A stretch of 32,000 bases of DNA from contig CAZLVL010000001.1 in NCBI GenBank assembly GCA_964563155.1, positions 88,008-120,007 of the forward strand, read 5' to 3'. Position 1 is the stretch's first letter. Each line of letters starts with the position of its first letter. Source of the stretch: an uncultured Clostridiaceae bacterium. GTDB taxonomy: Bacteria; Bacillota; Clostridia; DUPQ01. The position numbers and the translations under genes are program-made. Positions 9,009-17,754 of the stretch are shown piece after piece. The notes under the pieces were generated by a model that was not told the origin of the DNA, did not search any database, and was given only the letters and a program-made list of their open reading frames with translations.

Positions 9009-10100
9009 TTGTCCAGCAAGATAAGAACACAAGATAAGAAGAAAGAAATTGATATACCAGTCATACTACCTTCTTTAAACCCTACAGAAAAACTAGTTGA
9101 AACAGTGGATAACCTTATACTTTTAGGCTTTAAAGATATTATAGTCATAAACGATGGAAGCAGCCCTTCATATAATCCTATCTTTCAAAGAATAGAAAAT
9201 TATCCCCAATGTACCCTTTTGCAACATGAGATTAACAAAGGAAAAGGTTGTGCTTTAAAAACAGCCTTTAGCTTTATACAAGAGCATAGAGAGGTTTTAG
9301 GCTTTGTAACAGCTGATGCAGATGGTCAACATTTAGCTGAAGATATCTTAAAATGTGCCCTAGCCCTAAAAGATGATAAGACCTATATCTTAGGTGCTAG
9401 AGATTTTTCAAAACCCCAGGTCCCACCTCGTAGTGTCTTTGGCAATAGATTAACCTCTCTAGTGTTTAAGATAAGTTGCAAAATGGACATAAATGACACT
9501 CAAACTGGCTTAAGAGCCTTTCCTGCCAAGTACATTCCTTTACTTTTAACCATAAAAGGAGAGCGTTTTGAATATGAGACAAACATGCTTTTAGAGTTAC
9601 AAAACAGAAACATCCCCTTTAAAGAGGTTAGTATAGAAACAGTCTATGAAGACAATAACAAGGGCTCTCACTTTCACTCTTTTAGAGATGCCTTTAGAAT
9701 TTACAAGAATATCTTCAAATTCATGGGAGGTTCAATTTTAGCCTTTGTACTTGATAACCTGATATTTTTAAGTCTCTTTTACCTGCTTTTTAAAATTAAC
9801 GAAGATGTCAGAATACTAATAAGTATAGTTATTGCTAGGCTTATGTCATCTTTTTTCAACTTTACCTTTAATAAAAAAAGAGTGTTTGAACACAGTCAAA
9901 ACTCTAAGATTGCCCTTGTTAGATATTATTCTCTTTCCTTAATGCTCTTAGTTATATCCTGGTTTATTCTTTCTCTTACAGACAACCTTTTTACCCAAAC
10001 CACACCTATCCTTCTTCTCTTAATAAAGATTGGAACAGAGAGTCTACTTTTTATCTTGTCCTTTTATTTGCAAAAAAGATGGGTTTTTCAAAGTAAATAA
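9009..10100 (+). CDS. GT2 glycosyltransferase fused to a C-terminal GtrA-like membrane domain
   Basis: 363 aa from TTG with a GGGGG SD. GT2 motifs are present (PVILPSLNP, VINDGS, ADADGQH, TQTGLRAF). The C-terminal ~130 aa has four hydrophobic helices with the GtrA-like FNFTFNKKRVF. Confidence 0.8.
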   Translation: MSSKIRTQDKKKEIDIPVILPSLNPTEKLVETVDNLILLGFKDIIVINDGSSPSYNPIFQRIENYPQCTLLQHEINKGKGCALKTAFSFIQEHREVLGFVTADADGQHLAEDILKCALALKDDKTYILGARDFSKPQVPPRSVFGNRLTSLVFKISCKMDINDTQTGLRAFPAKYIPLLLTIKGERFEYETNMLLELQNRNIPFKEVSIETVYEDNNKGSHFHSFRDAFRIYKNIFKFMGGSILAFVLDNLIFLSLFYLLFKINEDVRILISIVIARLMSSFFNFTFNKKRVFEHSQNSKIALVRYYSLSLMLLVISWFILSLTDNLFTQTTPILLLLIKIGTESLLFILSFYLQKRWVFQSK

Positions 10101-10103
10101 AAT

Positions 10104-10562
10104 CTACTTATGATACTTTTCTTTATTAGCTATTTTATAAGCTCTAAAAAGTTGTTCTAATAAGATGATTCTCATTAATTGATGGGGAAAGGTCATGTCT
10201 GAAAAGGATAAAAGATAATCTGCTCTTTTCTTCACACTTTCATCTAAACCTTCACTACCTCCAATTACAAAAGAAATACTTTGTTTTCCACTTTCAAAAA
10301 TAGAAATAATATCTTTAGAAAAGTCTTCACTGTCTCTTTTTCTGCCTTCAATTGCCAAAGCAATTACAAAATCTTTGTCATTAATTTTTGACAAGATTCT
10401 TTCAGCCTCTTTTAAAAGTGCATTTGGGGTGTTTTCTCTTTCTTCATTTAGTTCAATTATCTTTAATTCACAAAAGCGGGAAAGCCTTTTTACATATTCT
10501 TTTTCAGCATCCACTAAATACTTTTCTTTTAATTTTCCAATACAAATAATGTTTATCTTCAT
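10104..10562 (-). CDS. rlmH: 23S rRNA (pseudouridine1915-N3)-methyltransferase RlmH
   Basis: 152 aa SPOUT protein with MKINIICIGKLKEKY..EY.KRL and FVIGGSEG...SFSDMTFPHQLMRIILLEQLFRAY. Confidence 0.9.
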   Translation of the reverse strand: MKINIICIGKLKEKYLVDAEKEYVKRLSRFCELKIIELNEERENTPNALLKEAERILSKINDKDFVIALAIEGRKRDSEDFSKDIISIFESGKQSISFVIGGSEGLDESVKKRADYLLSFSDMTFPHQLMRIILLEQLFRAYKIANKEKYHK

Positions 10563-11350
10563 AACATAATAGGCCTATTGTTCCCTTCTCTTTTGGCTAC
10601 CTTAACCAAAATATCCTTACCAACACTATAGCCACATTGCTCAATTCTTTCTTTTATAGTTGAAAAAGCCAAACTTGGAAGATTATTGTCTTGGCTAAGG
10701 TGTCCTAAAACTAAAACTCTTAAACCTTCCTCTATCATATCTACAACAGCATTAGCACAGGTACTATTGCAAAGGTGCCCATACTTTCCTCTAATCCTAT
10801 TTTTCAAGGGCCAGGGATAGCTACCATTTAGTAGCATTTCCATATCATGATTAGACTCCAACAAAAGAAGGTCACTTCCTTTTATATTATCCAATATGTC
10901 TTGGTTTAATTCTCCTGTATCTGTCAGGGTAGAAATTTTCTTTGTGTCTAAATAGAAGGAAAAACCTACAGGGTCCACAGCATCATGCAGAGTTCTAAAG
11001 GGGAAAATTTCCATATCTTTAATATAGAATCTTTCATTGGTATTAAAGGTCTTTATATTTTCTTCTCTTATCTTTCCTATGGAAGAAGGAATCCTAAACC
11101 AGGTATTTCTATTGGCAAAAATTGGAATGTTATAGCCTCTTTCCATAACCCCTAGGCCACTTGTATGGTCAGAGTGTTCATGGGTAACTAAAATTGCATC
11201 TAGGTTCTCTGGCTTTTCTTGGATTTTAGCCAACTCTTCCACTATCTTCTTTTTAGACAAGCCAGCGTCTACTAAAACTGAAGTATCCTTGTATTTTATA
11301 AAAATTGAATTTCCACTACTCCCACTAAAAAGGGGGCAAAATTTTATCAT
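10559..11350 (-). CDS. MBL-fold metallo-hydrolase (WalJ/YycJ-like)
   Basis: 263 aa with the HEHSDH motif and CPLFSGSSGNS at the N-terminus. It sits next to rlmH, as yycJ does in Bacillus. Overlapping start and stop codons on both sides. Confidence 0.85.
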   Translation of the reverse strand: MIKFCPLFSGSSGNSIFIKYKDTSVLVDAGLSKKKIVEELAKIQEKPENLDAILVTHEHSDHTSGLGVMERGYNIPIFANRNTWFRIPSSIGKIREENIKTFNTNERFYIKDMEIFPFRTLHDAVDPVGFSFYLDTKKISTLTDTGELNQDILDNIKGSDLLLLESNHDMEMLLNGSYPWPLKNRIRGKYGHLCNSTCANAVVDMIEEGLRVLVLGHLSQDNNLPSLAFSTIKERIEQCGYSVGKDILVKVAKREGNNRPIML

Positions 11351-11904
11351 TAAATTCCCTTAATCTGACAAGCTGCTAAAATACCAACCACTGCAAGCCC
11401 GTTTGTTATTTCTCCTTCAAATACTCTTTTTTTGGCCTTAGCCAAAGGTTCTTTCCAAACAATTAAATTTTCATCACTATCTGGACTGGCTGCACCTTCT
11501 TGTAAATCCTCTGCTAAGTATAAATGTACTAATTCATCAGAAAATCCTGGCGATGAGGCCACTGTCATTATATAGGTCATTTTATTAGCTACTATACCTG
11601 TCTCTTCTTTTAATTCCCTTTTAGCACACTCTAAAGGGCTTTCTCCTGGATCAATCTTGCCAGCTGGTAGCTCTATAAGGACCTGGTCAAAGGCTATCCT
11701 ATATTGCTTTTCCAAAACTATATTTAAATCCTTGTCTAGGGCTATTACCCCACTAGCTCCCTTGTGTCTAACTACATCTCTATAGGCTTCTTTTCCATTA
11801 GGTAGACTGGTCTTGATTTTTTCCACATCAAAAATCAAACCTTCATATACTGTGTTGCTTTCTTCTATTTTTTCTAAAATGTCCATATTTCCTCTAAAAT
11901 TCAA
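11350..11904 (-). CDS. NUDIX hydrolase, ADP-ribose pyrophosphatase type
   Basis: 184 aa with the Nudix box GKIDPGESPLECAKRELKEETG. Confidence 0.8.
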   Translation of the reverse strand: MNFRGNMDILEKIEESNTVYEGLIFDVEKIKTSLPNGKEAYRDVVRHKGASGVIALDKDLNIVLEKQYRIAFDQVLIELPAGKIDPGESPLECAKRELKEETGIVANKMTYIMTVASSPGFSDELVHLYLAEDLQEGAASPDSDENLIVWKEPLAKAKKRVFEGEITNGLAVVGILAACQIKGI

Positions 11905-11973
11905 TAATTTTACTCATATCATATACTTTTTTATTATATCACTTTCAAAGCACTATCCAAGCCCTTGGTCTCA

Positions 11974-12002
11974 TTGACTATTTTGCTAATTTATGTTAAC
12001 CT
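11974..12002 (+). promoter_or_regulatory. Candidate sigma-A promoter for the riboswitch operon
   Basis: TTGACT (11974-11979), a 17 nt spacer ending in TGT, then the weak -10 TAACCT (11997-12002). Confidence 0.3.
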
Positions 12003-12004
12003 AT

Positions 12005-12130
12005 CTTGGACATATCCGAATATTTACATAGTGGGGGACCCGAGTTTTTTAGGGGTGAATCTTACAAAAAAAAAGAGGCGAAGCTTGGTATCGCTAACCC
12101 GTCAGCTAATCCCATAGGAGTACACCAAGG
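12005..12130 (+). promoter_or_regulatory. c-di-AMP riboswitch (ydaO/yuaA class)
   Basis: Conserved blocks are readable: GUGGGGGACCC, GGGGUGAAUC, AACCCGUCAGCUAAUCC. The closing helix is CUUGG (12005-12009) with CCAAG (12125-12129). This matches the B. subtilis ydaO leader as I recall it (GCGGGGGACCCA...GGGGUGAAUCC...AACCCGUCAGCUAACC). Confidence 0.85.
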
Positions 12131-12219
12131 CAAAATATGATATTTTTATTATATTTTTTTTGCTGTTGTGTATTTTATTTATATTCAGCAGTTAAATTAC
12201 AATTGGCGGGAGGCTATAA

Positions 12220-13467
12220 ATGAATGTCTTGTTAAAAATTGCAATTGTCATGGTGGTAGGCATTATAGGGGGCAAACTGGCAAAAATGCTTAAACTACCC
12301 AATGTATCCGGTTATTTAGTAGCCGGGCTATTTTTGGGTCCTTCTTTCTTTAACTTTGTCAGTAGTCAGGATTTAAATTCTTTTTCAATAATTAATGAAA
12401 TGGCTTTAGCAGCCATTGCCTTTAGTATAGGTAATGAATTCATTTGGAAAGAGATTAAAAAGATTGGAAAGTCCATATTTGTAATAACCCTTATGGAGGT
12501 TATTGGGGCAGTGCTAGTGGTCTTTTCTATTATGTTCTTTCTTTTTAAGCAACCCTTTTCCTTTTCAATTATCATAGCTTCCATGTCAGCAGCTACAGCA
12601 CCTGCTGCCACTTTATTAGTTATGAGACAATATAATGCAAAAGGCCCCTTGACCAGTGCCATACTTCCAGTAGTAGCTCTAGATGATGTTTTTGGCATAG
12701 CAATTTTTGGAATTGCCCTTTCTTTAGCTAGAATGACTGATAGTACGGAATCTTTTTCTATTCCTGCTATGATTTTTCAACCTCTGTTAGAAATTGGTGG
12801 ATCTGTTTTATTAGGTTTTGTTTTAGGAATAATATTAGTCTTTGTTACCGGAAAGATATTAAAAAGCAAGGACGAGATACAAGCAGTATCTTTAGCAGCT
12901 GTAGGCTTAAGCGCCGGCTTGTCCATTTTGCTCCACATCTCTCCTCTTCTTACTAGTATTGTTATGGGAACAGTATTAGTAAACTTTAAGCAAAAACCTG
13001 GCAAGATTTTCGAGTCTGTAAACACCTTTGCCACACCCTTGTACTTACTCTTTTTTACCCTAGCGGGAGCAAGTTTAGACCTTTCTATACTAAAGACTGT
13101 TGGTCTTATGGGTATAGCCTATGTCATAGCTAGAGGTGGTGGAAAGATGCTTGGTGCTTGGGCTGGAGCTGAAATGGTTAATGAAGTTCCAGTTATTAAG
13201 AAATATTTAGGCTTAGCCCTTTTACCCCAAGGAGGAATATCCATTGGTTTATTGGTATTGGTAAGACAATACTTGCCTGCCCACAGCGCTGCCATAAATG
13301 CCATTATTATGTTCAGCGTACTGATATATGAAGTGAGTGGACCTATTTTTGCAAAAATTGCTATAAGCAAAGCTGGAGAAATAAATATACCAGAAAAGCA
13401 AAAAAAAGATTTTCCATTTTTTAAAAGCAAAAAGGAAAAAACTATTTCACAATCAGTGAAAAAATAA
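12220..13467 (+). CDS. Cation:proton antiporter (CPA2/Na_H_Exchanger family), membrane domain only
   Basis: 415 aa with about 12 hydrophobic helices and a typical N-terminus (IAIVMVVGIIGGKLAKMLKLPNVSGYLVAGLFLGPS). No soluble RCK/KTN domain is attached. Confidence 0.85.
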   Translation: MNVLLKIAIVMVVGIIGGKLAKMLKLPNVSGYLVAGLFLGPSFFNFVSSQDLNSFSIINEMALAAIAFSIGNEFIWKEIKKIGKSIFVITLMEVIGAVLVVFSIMFFLFKQPFSFSIIIASMSAATAPAATLLVMRQYNAKGPLTSAILPVVALDDVFGIAIFGIALSLARMTDSTESFSIPAMIFQPLLEIGGSVLLGFVLGIILVFVTGKILKSKDEIQAVSLAAVGLSAGLSILLHISPLLTSIVMGTVLVNFKQKPGKIFESVNTFATPLYLLFFTLAGASLDLSILKTVGLMGIAYVIARGGGKMLGAWAGAEMVNEVPVIKKYLGLALLPQGGISIGLLVLVRQYLPAHSAAINAIIMFSVLIYEVSGPIFAKIAISKAGEINIPEKQKKDFPFFKSKKEKTISQSVKK

Positions 13468-13493
13468 TAACATATTAAAGAGAGGTATTTATT

Positions 13494-13841
13494 ATGTATG
13501 CTTTATTTGTAGTTTTAAATGCAGTAGACTATCTAGAAGATATTTTAACAGGATTTTTAGACAAGGGAATAAAAGGAGCTACCATTGTAGAAAGTCAAGG
13601 AATGGGGAAGGTTATTGCCAATAGCAATAATGATGATATCCCAATGTTTGGAGCTTTGAGAATGCTTTTACAAGACTCTCACCCCTATAGCAAAACAATT
13701 TTTACAGTGCTTGAAAATGAAGAAATGGTAGACACTGCTGTAGGAGTAGTTCAAGATGCCATGGAATATTGCTCAACTGGAAACTATGGTTTCATGTTTA
13801 CAGTTCCCATTGGTAAAGTCTACAAAATGTGCAGAGACTAG
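13494..13841 (+). CDS. PII-like signal-transduction protein
   Basis: 115 aa, and the GlnB fold pattern is alignable by eye. Beta1 is LFVVL, alpha1 is LEDILTGFLDKGI, beta2 is GATIVESQGMG, followed by a long loop. Then come KTIFTVLENEEMVDTAVGVV and the B-loop-like STGNYGFMFTVPI. It lies 26 nt after the antiporter gene and has a GAGAGG SD. Confidence 0.7.
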   Translation: MYALFVVLNAVDYLEDILTGFLDKGIKGATIVESQGMGKVIANSNNDDIPMFGALRMLLQDSHPYSKTIFTVLENEEMVDTAVGVVQDAMEYCSTGNYGFMFTVPIGKVYKMCRD

Positions 13842-13848
13842 CAAAATA

Positions 13849-13877
13849 TTGACTTTTAACTCCAATAGGGATAATAT
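13849..13877 (+). promoter_or_regulatory. Candidate sigma-A promoter of the ABC-exporter leader
   Basis: TTGACT (13849-13854), a 17 nt spacer, TAATAT (13872-13877). Confidence 0.5.
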
Positions 13878-13980
13878 ACGAAATTAGTTAGCTTTAGTCT
13901 TTATGGAGATTAAAAGATTGTATGAAGTATGAAAAAAGGTATGTAAAAATAGATATTAACAAATAAAGATATATTTATAC

Positions 13981-14009
13981 AAACGGCAAAGATAGCTTTT
14001 TGCCGTTTG
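13981..14009 (+). terminator. Stem-loop in the ABC-exporter leader (attenuator, or terminator of the antiporter operon)
   Basis: AAACGGCAAA-gatagcttt-TTGCCGTTT, a perfect ~10 bp stem followed by the T-rich GTCTTGTCT. It lies 30 nt before the exporter start codon. Confidence 0.5.
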
Positions 14010-14038
14010 TCTTGTCTATTAACATATGGTGATAATTT

Positions 14039-15796
14039 ATGAAAAAAGATAAAAAGAAAAACGAAAAGGTCCTAAAGGTACTTTTGCCCTATGCAAAACC
14101 CTATTGGCTCTATACCCTCTTAACCCCTCTTTGTATAATAATTGAGGTTTTACTTGAGGTAAACATCCCCTATACCATGTCCAAAATTGTAGATATAGGG
14201 CTACCTGCCAATGATATAAAATATATTGTAAATCAAGGTCTCATTATGATAGGTATGGCTTTACTCAGTCTGCTTTTTGGGGTCTTAGCTTCTAGATTTG
14301 GAGCTGTGGCTGGAATGGGCTTTGGTGCAGAGCTAAGAAAGGGAATTTTTGCAAAAATCCAAACCTTCTCTTTTTCTAACATGGATACCTTTTCCACAGC
14401 AAGTTTAATTTCTAGATCTACTCAAGATGTATCCCATATACAAAACTCTTTTAATATGACCTTAAGAATGGCTGTAAGATCTCCTTTTATGTTTATCTCC
14501 GCCCTTATTATGGCAATTAGAATTAACAAGTCCTTGGTCTCTGTCTTTTTAATAATTATTCCTGCTCTTTTAATTGTAATAGCTATTGTAGCTAAAAAGG
14601 CTGTGCCACTTTTCCAAGCTATGATGAAACAATATGACAAGATAAACTCCACCATACAAGAGAATCAAATAGCAATTAGAGAGGTTAAAGCCTTTGTAAG
14701 AAGCGATTTTGAAAAGGATAAGTTTGAAGAGGTAAACAATGATAATATGGCAGCTTCCATAAAGGCAGAAAAATTATTAGTTTCCAATATGCCCCTTATG
14801 ATGGTAGCCATGTATAGCGCCACCTTAGCCATCCTATGGTTAGGAGGAAATCAAATTATTCAAGGTACTATGTTAACAGGGGAATTGATTTCTTTTATCT
14901 CTTACATAGGCCAAATTTTAATGTCTCTTATGATGTTATCTTTCATATTTATCATGGTAATAATGTCTAGAGCCTCAATGATTCGTGTAAGTGAAGTTTT
15001 AACAACCACTCCTGATTTGCAAGATTCAGACTCAGAAGATGATATAAGCGTAACTACAGGTGCCTTTGAATTTAAGGATGTCTTTTTCAAATACTCAAAA
15101 GAAAATGAAAACTATGTTTTAGAAAATATTAATCTTTCGGTTAAAGCTGGTGAAACCATTGGAATAATCGGAGCAACCGGCTCTGCTAAAACAACTCTAG
15201 TCCAACTCATACCCAGACTTTATGATGTGGATCAAGGTGAGGTTTTAGTAGATGGAAGAAATGTAAAAGACTACAAAACAAAAACTCTAAGAGATGCAGT
15301 TAGTGTAGTCTTACAAAAAAACACTCTTTTTTCTGGAACAATCTTAGATAACCTAAGATGGGGAAATCAAGAAGCAAGCCAAGAAGAAATTGAAGAAGCT
15401 TGCAAGATTGCCAATGCCCACAACTTTATATCTTCTTTTCCAGATGGCTATATGACAGAGTTGGGTCAAGGTGGTGTGAATGTATCTGGTGGACAAAAAC
15501 AAAGGTTAACCATAGCAAGGGCTCTTTTGAAAAAGCCTAAAATCCTTATCATGGACGACTCTACCTCAGCGGTAGATACAGCTACTGATGCCAGCATTAG
15601 AAAAGAGTTAAAACAAAACACATCAGATATAACCGTTATAATTATTGCCCAAAGAATAACTTCTGTATCAGATGCTGACAGGATTGTGGTAATGGATGAT
15701 GGGAAAATTAATGATATAGGTAGTCATGAATACCTTTTGAAAAATAATGCTATTTATGCTGAAGTTTATCACTCACAACAAAAGGGGGTGGCATAA
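14039..15796 (+). CDS. Heterodimeric ABC exporter subunit carrying the degenerate nucleotide-binding site (BmrC/TM287-like)
   Basis: 585 aa with 6 TM helices plus an NBD. Walker A is GATGSAKT (Ala where the second Gly belongs). Walker B is ILIMDD (Asp replaces the catalytic Glu). The H-loop is AQR (His->Gln). The signature VSGGQ is intact. Confidence 0.9.
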   Translation: MKKDKKKNEKVLKVLLPYAKPYWLYTLLTPLCIIIEVLLEVNIPYTMSKIVDIGLPANDIKYIVNQGLIMIGMALLSLLFGVLASRFGAVAGMGFGAELRKGIFAKIQTFSFSNMDTFSTASLISRSTQDVSHIQNSFNMTLRMAVRSPFMFISALIMAIRINKSLVSVFLIIIPALLIVIAIVAKKAVPLFQAMMKQYDKINSTIQENQIAIREVKAFVRSDFEKDKFEEVNNDNMAASIKAEKLLVSNMPLMMVAMYSATLAILWLGGNQIIQGTMLTGELISFISYIGQILMSLMMLSFIFIMVIMSRASMIRVSEVLTTTPDLQDSDSEDDISVTTGAFEFKDVFFKYSKENENYVLENINLSVKAGETIGIIGATGSAKTTLVQLIPRLYDVDQGEVLVDGRNVKDYKTKTLRDAVSVVLQKNTLFSGTILDNLRWGNQEASQEEIEEACKIANAHNFISSFPDGYMTELGQGGVNVSGGQKQRLTIARALLKKPKILIMDDSTSAVDTATDASIRKELKQNTSDITVIIIAQRITSVSDADRIVVMDDGKINDIGSHEYLLKNNAIYAEVYHSQQKGVA

Positions 15797-15797
15797 A

Positions 15798-17705
15798 ATG
15801 ACTCAAGAAAATAAAAAGATAAGACCTGTCGTTGACAGATTCCAAAAACCTAAGAACACTAAAGAAACACTAAAAAGACTTTTAAGTTATCTATTTGCCT
15901 TTAGACTAAGATTAATTTTAGTAAATTTCTTGGTGCTCATAAGTTCCTCTACAGCAATAGTAGGTTCTTTCTTGTTAAAGCCTCTTTTAAATGACCACAT
16001 TATTCCTCTTATTGGAACCAATCCAACAAAAGAAGAACTAGCTCCCTTTGTTTCTTTTATTGGTCTTATGGCCTTAATTTACATAATTAGCATTGTAGCC
16101 TCTTATGCCTACAACTATTTAATGATGAAAATGACAAACAAGATTTTGAACAATCTAAGAAGAGATATGTTCAACAAGGTACAAAGCCTACCAATCTTGT
16201 TTTTTGATACCAATACCCATGGGGAAATTATGTCTCGTTTTACCAACGATGTAGAAACCTTTAGACAAGCCATAAGCAATGGCTTTGTTCAATTTGTTTC
16301 TTCTGCTATATCCGTTGTTGGAATTTTTGCATTCATGATTATACTAAGCCCTATTCTTACCCTAATAATTGTTGCTACTCTCTTTCTCATGTTTTTTGCC
16401 ATTAAGGCCATTGGAGGAAGAAGTGCTAAGTTCTTCAAAAAACAACAGGTTGCTTTAGGGGATGTTAATGGATTTATAGAGGAGATGGTAGAAGGACAAA
16501 AGGTAGTAAAGGTTTTTAACTATGAAGAAAAGACCATTAATGACTTTAATGAAAAAGCGGAAAATCTCAGGGTTGCTGCAACAGATGCCAACACCTATGC
16601 CAATGTAATCATGCCCATAATGTTTAATCTAGGCCACTTTAACTTTGCTGTGGTAGCTGCAGTGGGTGGAATTTTATGTATAAGTGGAATGTTAGATGTG
16701 GGCTCCTTAGCCTCCTTCTTGCAATTTACTAGACAATTCTCTCAACCCATAACCCAAATATCTCAACAGGTTAACTCCATCTTAGCAGCCTTTGCTGGAG
16801 CTGAAAGAATCTTTGAACTAATGGACAATCTACCTGAAAACGATGAGGGTTTTGTTACCTTGGTCAATATGGATTTTGATAAAGATGGCAACATTTATGA
16901 AGTTGAAGAAAGAACCGGTAAATGGGCTTGGAAACTTCTAGACCAAGATAAAGAAGTTACATATATTCAGCTTAAAGGTGATGTTCGCTTTAAGAATGTT
17001 ACCTTCGCCTATAAAGAAGACCACAATGTCCTAAAAGATGTCTCTCTATACGCAAAACCAGGACAGAAAATAGCTTTTGTTGGCTCCACAGGTGCTGGCA
17101 AAACCACCATAACTAATCTCATTAACCGCTTTTACGACATAAAAGAGGGAGAGGTTACCTATGATGGAATAGATATAAAGGATATTAAAAAGCCTGACTT
17201 GAGAAGATCCTTAGCCATGGTTTTACAAGATACCCATCTATTTACCGGTACTATTAGAGAAAATATTAGATTTGGAAAATTGGATGCCACCGATGAAGAA
17301 ATCGAAAGAGCAGCTAAACTTGCCAATGCTGACACCTTTATTAAGTATCTTCCCCGAGGCTATGACACTATGTTAACTGGAGATGGCTCCAACCTAAGCC
17401 AAGGTCAAAGACAACTCCTATCCATTGCTAGAGCTGCAGTTGCAGACCCTCCTGTTCTAATTCTAGATGAAGCTACCAGTTCCATTGATACTAGAACAGA
17501 AGCCTTAATAGAAAAAGGTATGGACCAATTAATGGAAGGTAGAACGGTCTTTGTTATAGCTCACAGACTATCAACTGTTAGAAATTCCAATGCCATTATG
17601 GTACTTGAAGGTGGACAAATTATAGAAAGAGGAGACCATCAAGACCTCTTAGACCAAAAGGGCCAATACTATAAGCTCTATACTGGCCAGTTTGAGTTGA
17701 GTTAA
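15798..17705 (+). CDS. Heterodimeric ABC exporter subunit carrying the consensus nucleotide-binding site (BmrD/TM288-like)
   Basis: The track ORF opens at 15747, but ATG 15798 (GGGGGTGG SD, 2 nt after the upstream stop) gives MTQENKK..., 635 aa. Walker A GSTGAGKT, Walker B LILDEAT and H-loop IAHRLST are canonical. The signature is degenerate (LSQGQ). Confidence 0.9.
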   Translation: MTQENKKIRPVVDRFQKPKNTKETLKRLLSYLFAFRLRLILVNFLVLISSSTAIVGSFLLKPLLNDHIIPLIGTNPTKEELAPFVSFIGLMALIYIISIVASYAYNYLMMKMTNKILNNLRRDMFNKVQSLPILFFDTNTHGEIMSRFTNDVETFRQAISNGFVQFVSSAISVVGIFAFMIILSPILTLIIVATLFLMFFAIKAIGGRSAKFFKKQQVALGDVNGFIEEMVEGQKVVKVFNYEEKTINDFNEKAENLRVAATDANTYANVIMPIMFNLGHFNFAVVAAVGGILCISGMLDVGSLASFLQFTRQFSQPITQISQQVNSILAAFAGAERIFELMDNLPENDEGFVTLVNMDFDKDGNIYEVEERTGKWAWKLLDQDKEVTYIQLKGDVRFKNVTFAYKEDHNVLKDVSLYAKPGQKIAFVGSTGAGKTTITNLINRFYDIKEGEVTYDGIDIKDIKKPDLRRSLAMVLQDTHLFTGTIRENIRFGKLDATDEEIERAAKLANADTFIKYLPRGYDTMLTGDGSNLSQGQRQLLSIARAAVADPPVLILDEATSSIDTRTEALIEKGMDQLMEGRTVFVIAHRLSTVRNSNAIMVLEGGQIIERGDHQDLLDQKGQYYKLYTGQFELS

Positions 17706-17754
17706 AACAGCAAGATACTGCTTTTCTCAAATTATTAAACAAGATATTTTACCT

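Noticed and set aside
10098-10106. Convergent GT2-GtrA and rlmH stop codons only 3 nt apart with no terminator
   Set aside because: Only a 5 bp AAGTA/TACTT hairpin overlaps the gene ends. Tight convergent ends are common in compact genomes, and there is nothing further to test from sequence.
12134-12161. Intrinsic terminator as the expression platform of the c-di-AMP riboswitch
   Set aside because: The only hairpins before the T8 run are 5-6 bp and pure A/T (AAAATA/TATTTT, AATAT/ATATT). They are too weak to call, so the platform is left unassigned.
12366-13430. Minus-strand ORFs 12366-12698, 12777-13034 and 13119-13430
   Set aside because: They are antisense shadows of the antiporter gene.
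13903-13946. Mini-ORFs MEIKRLYEV and MKKGM in the exporter leader as real genes
   Set aside because: They have no SD and are very short in AT-rich DNA. They are kept only as context for the attenuation hypothesis.
15747-15797. N-terminal extension of the second ABC exporter ORF
   Set aside because: It lies inside the first exporter gene. ATG 15798 follows a strong SD 2 nt after the upstream stop.
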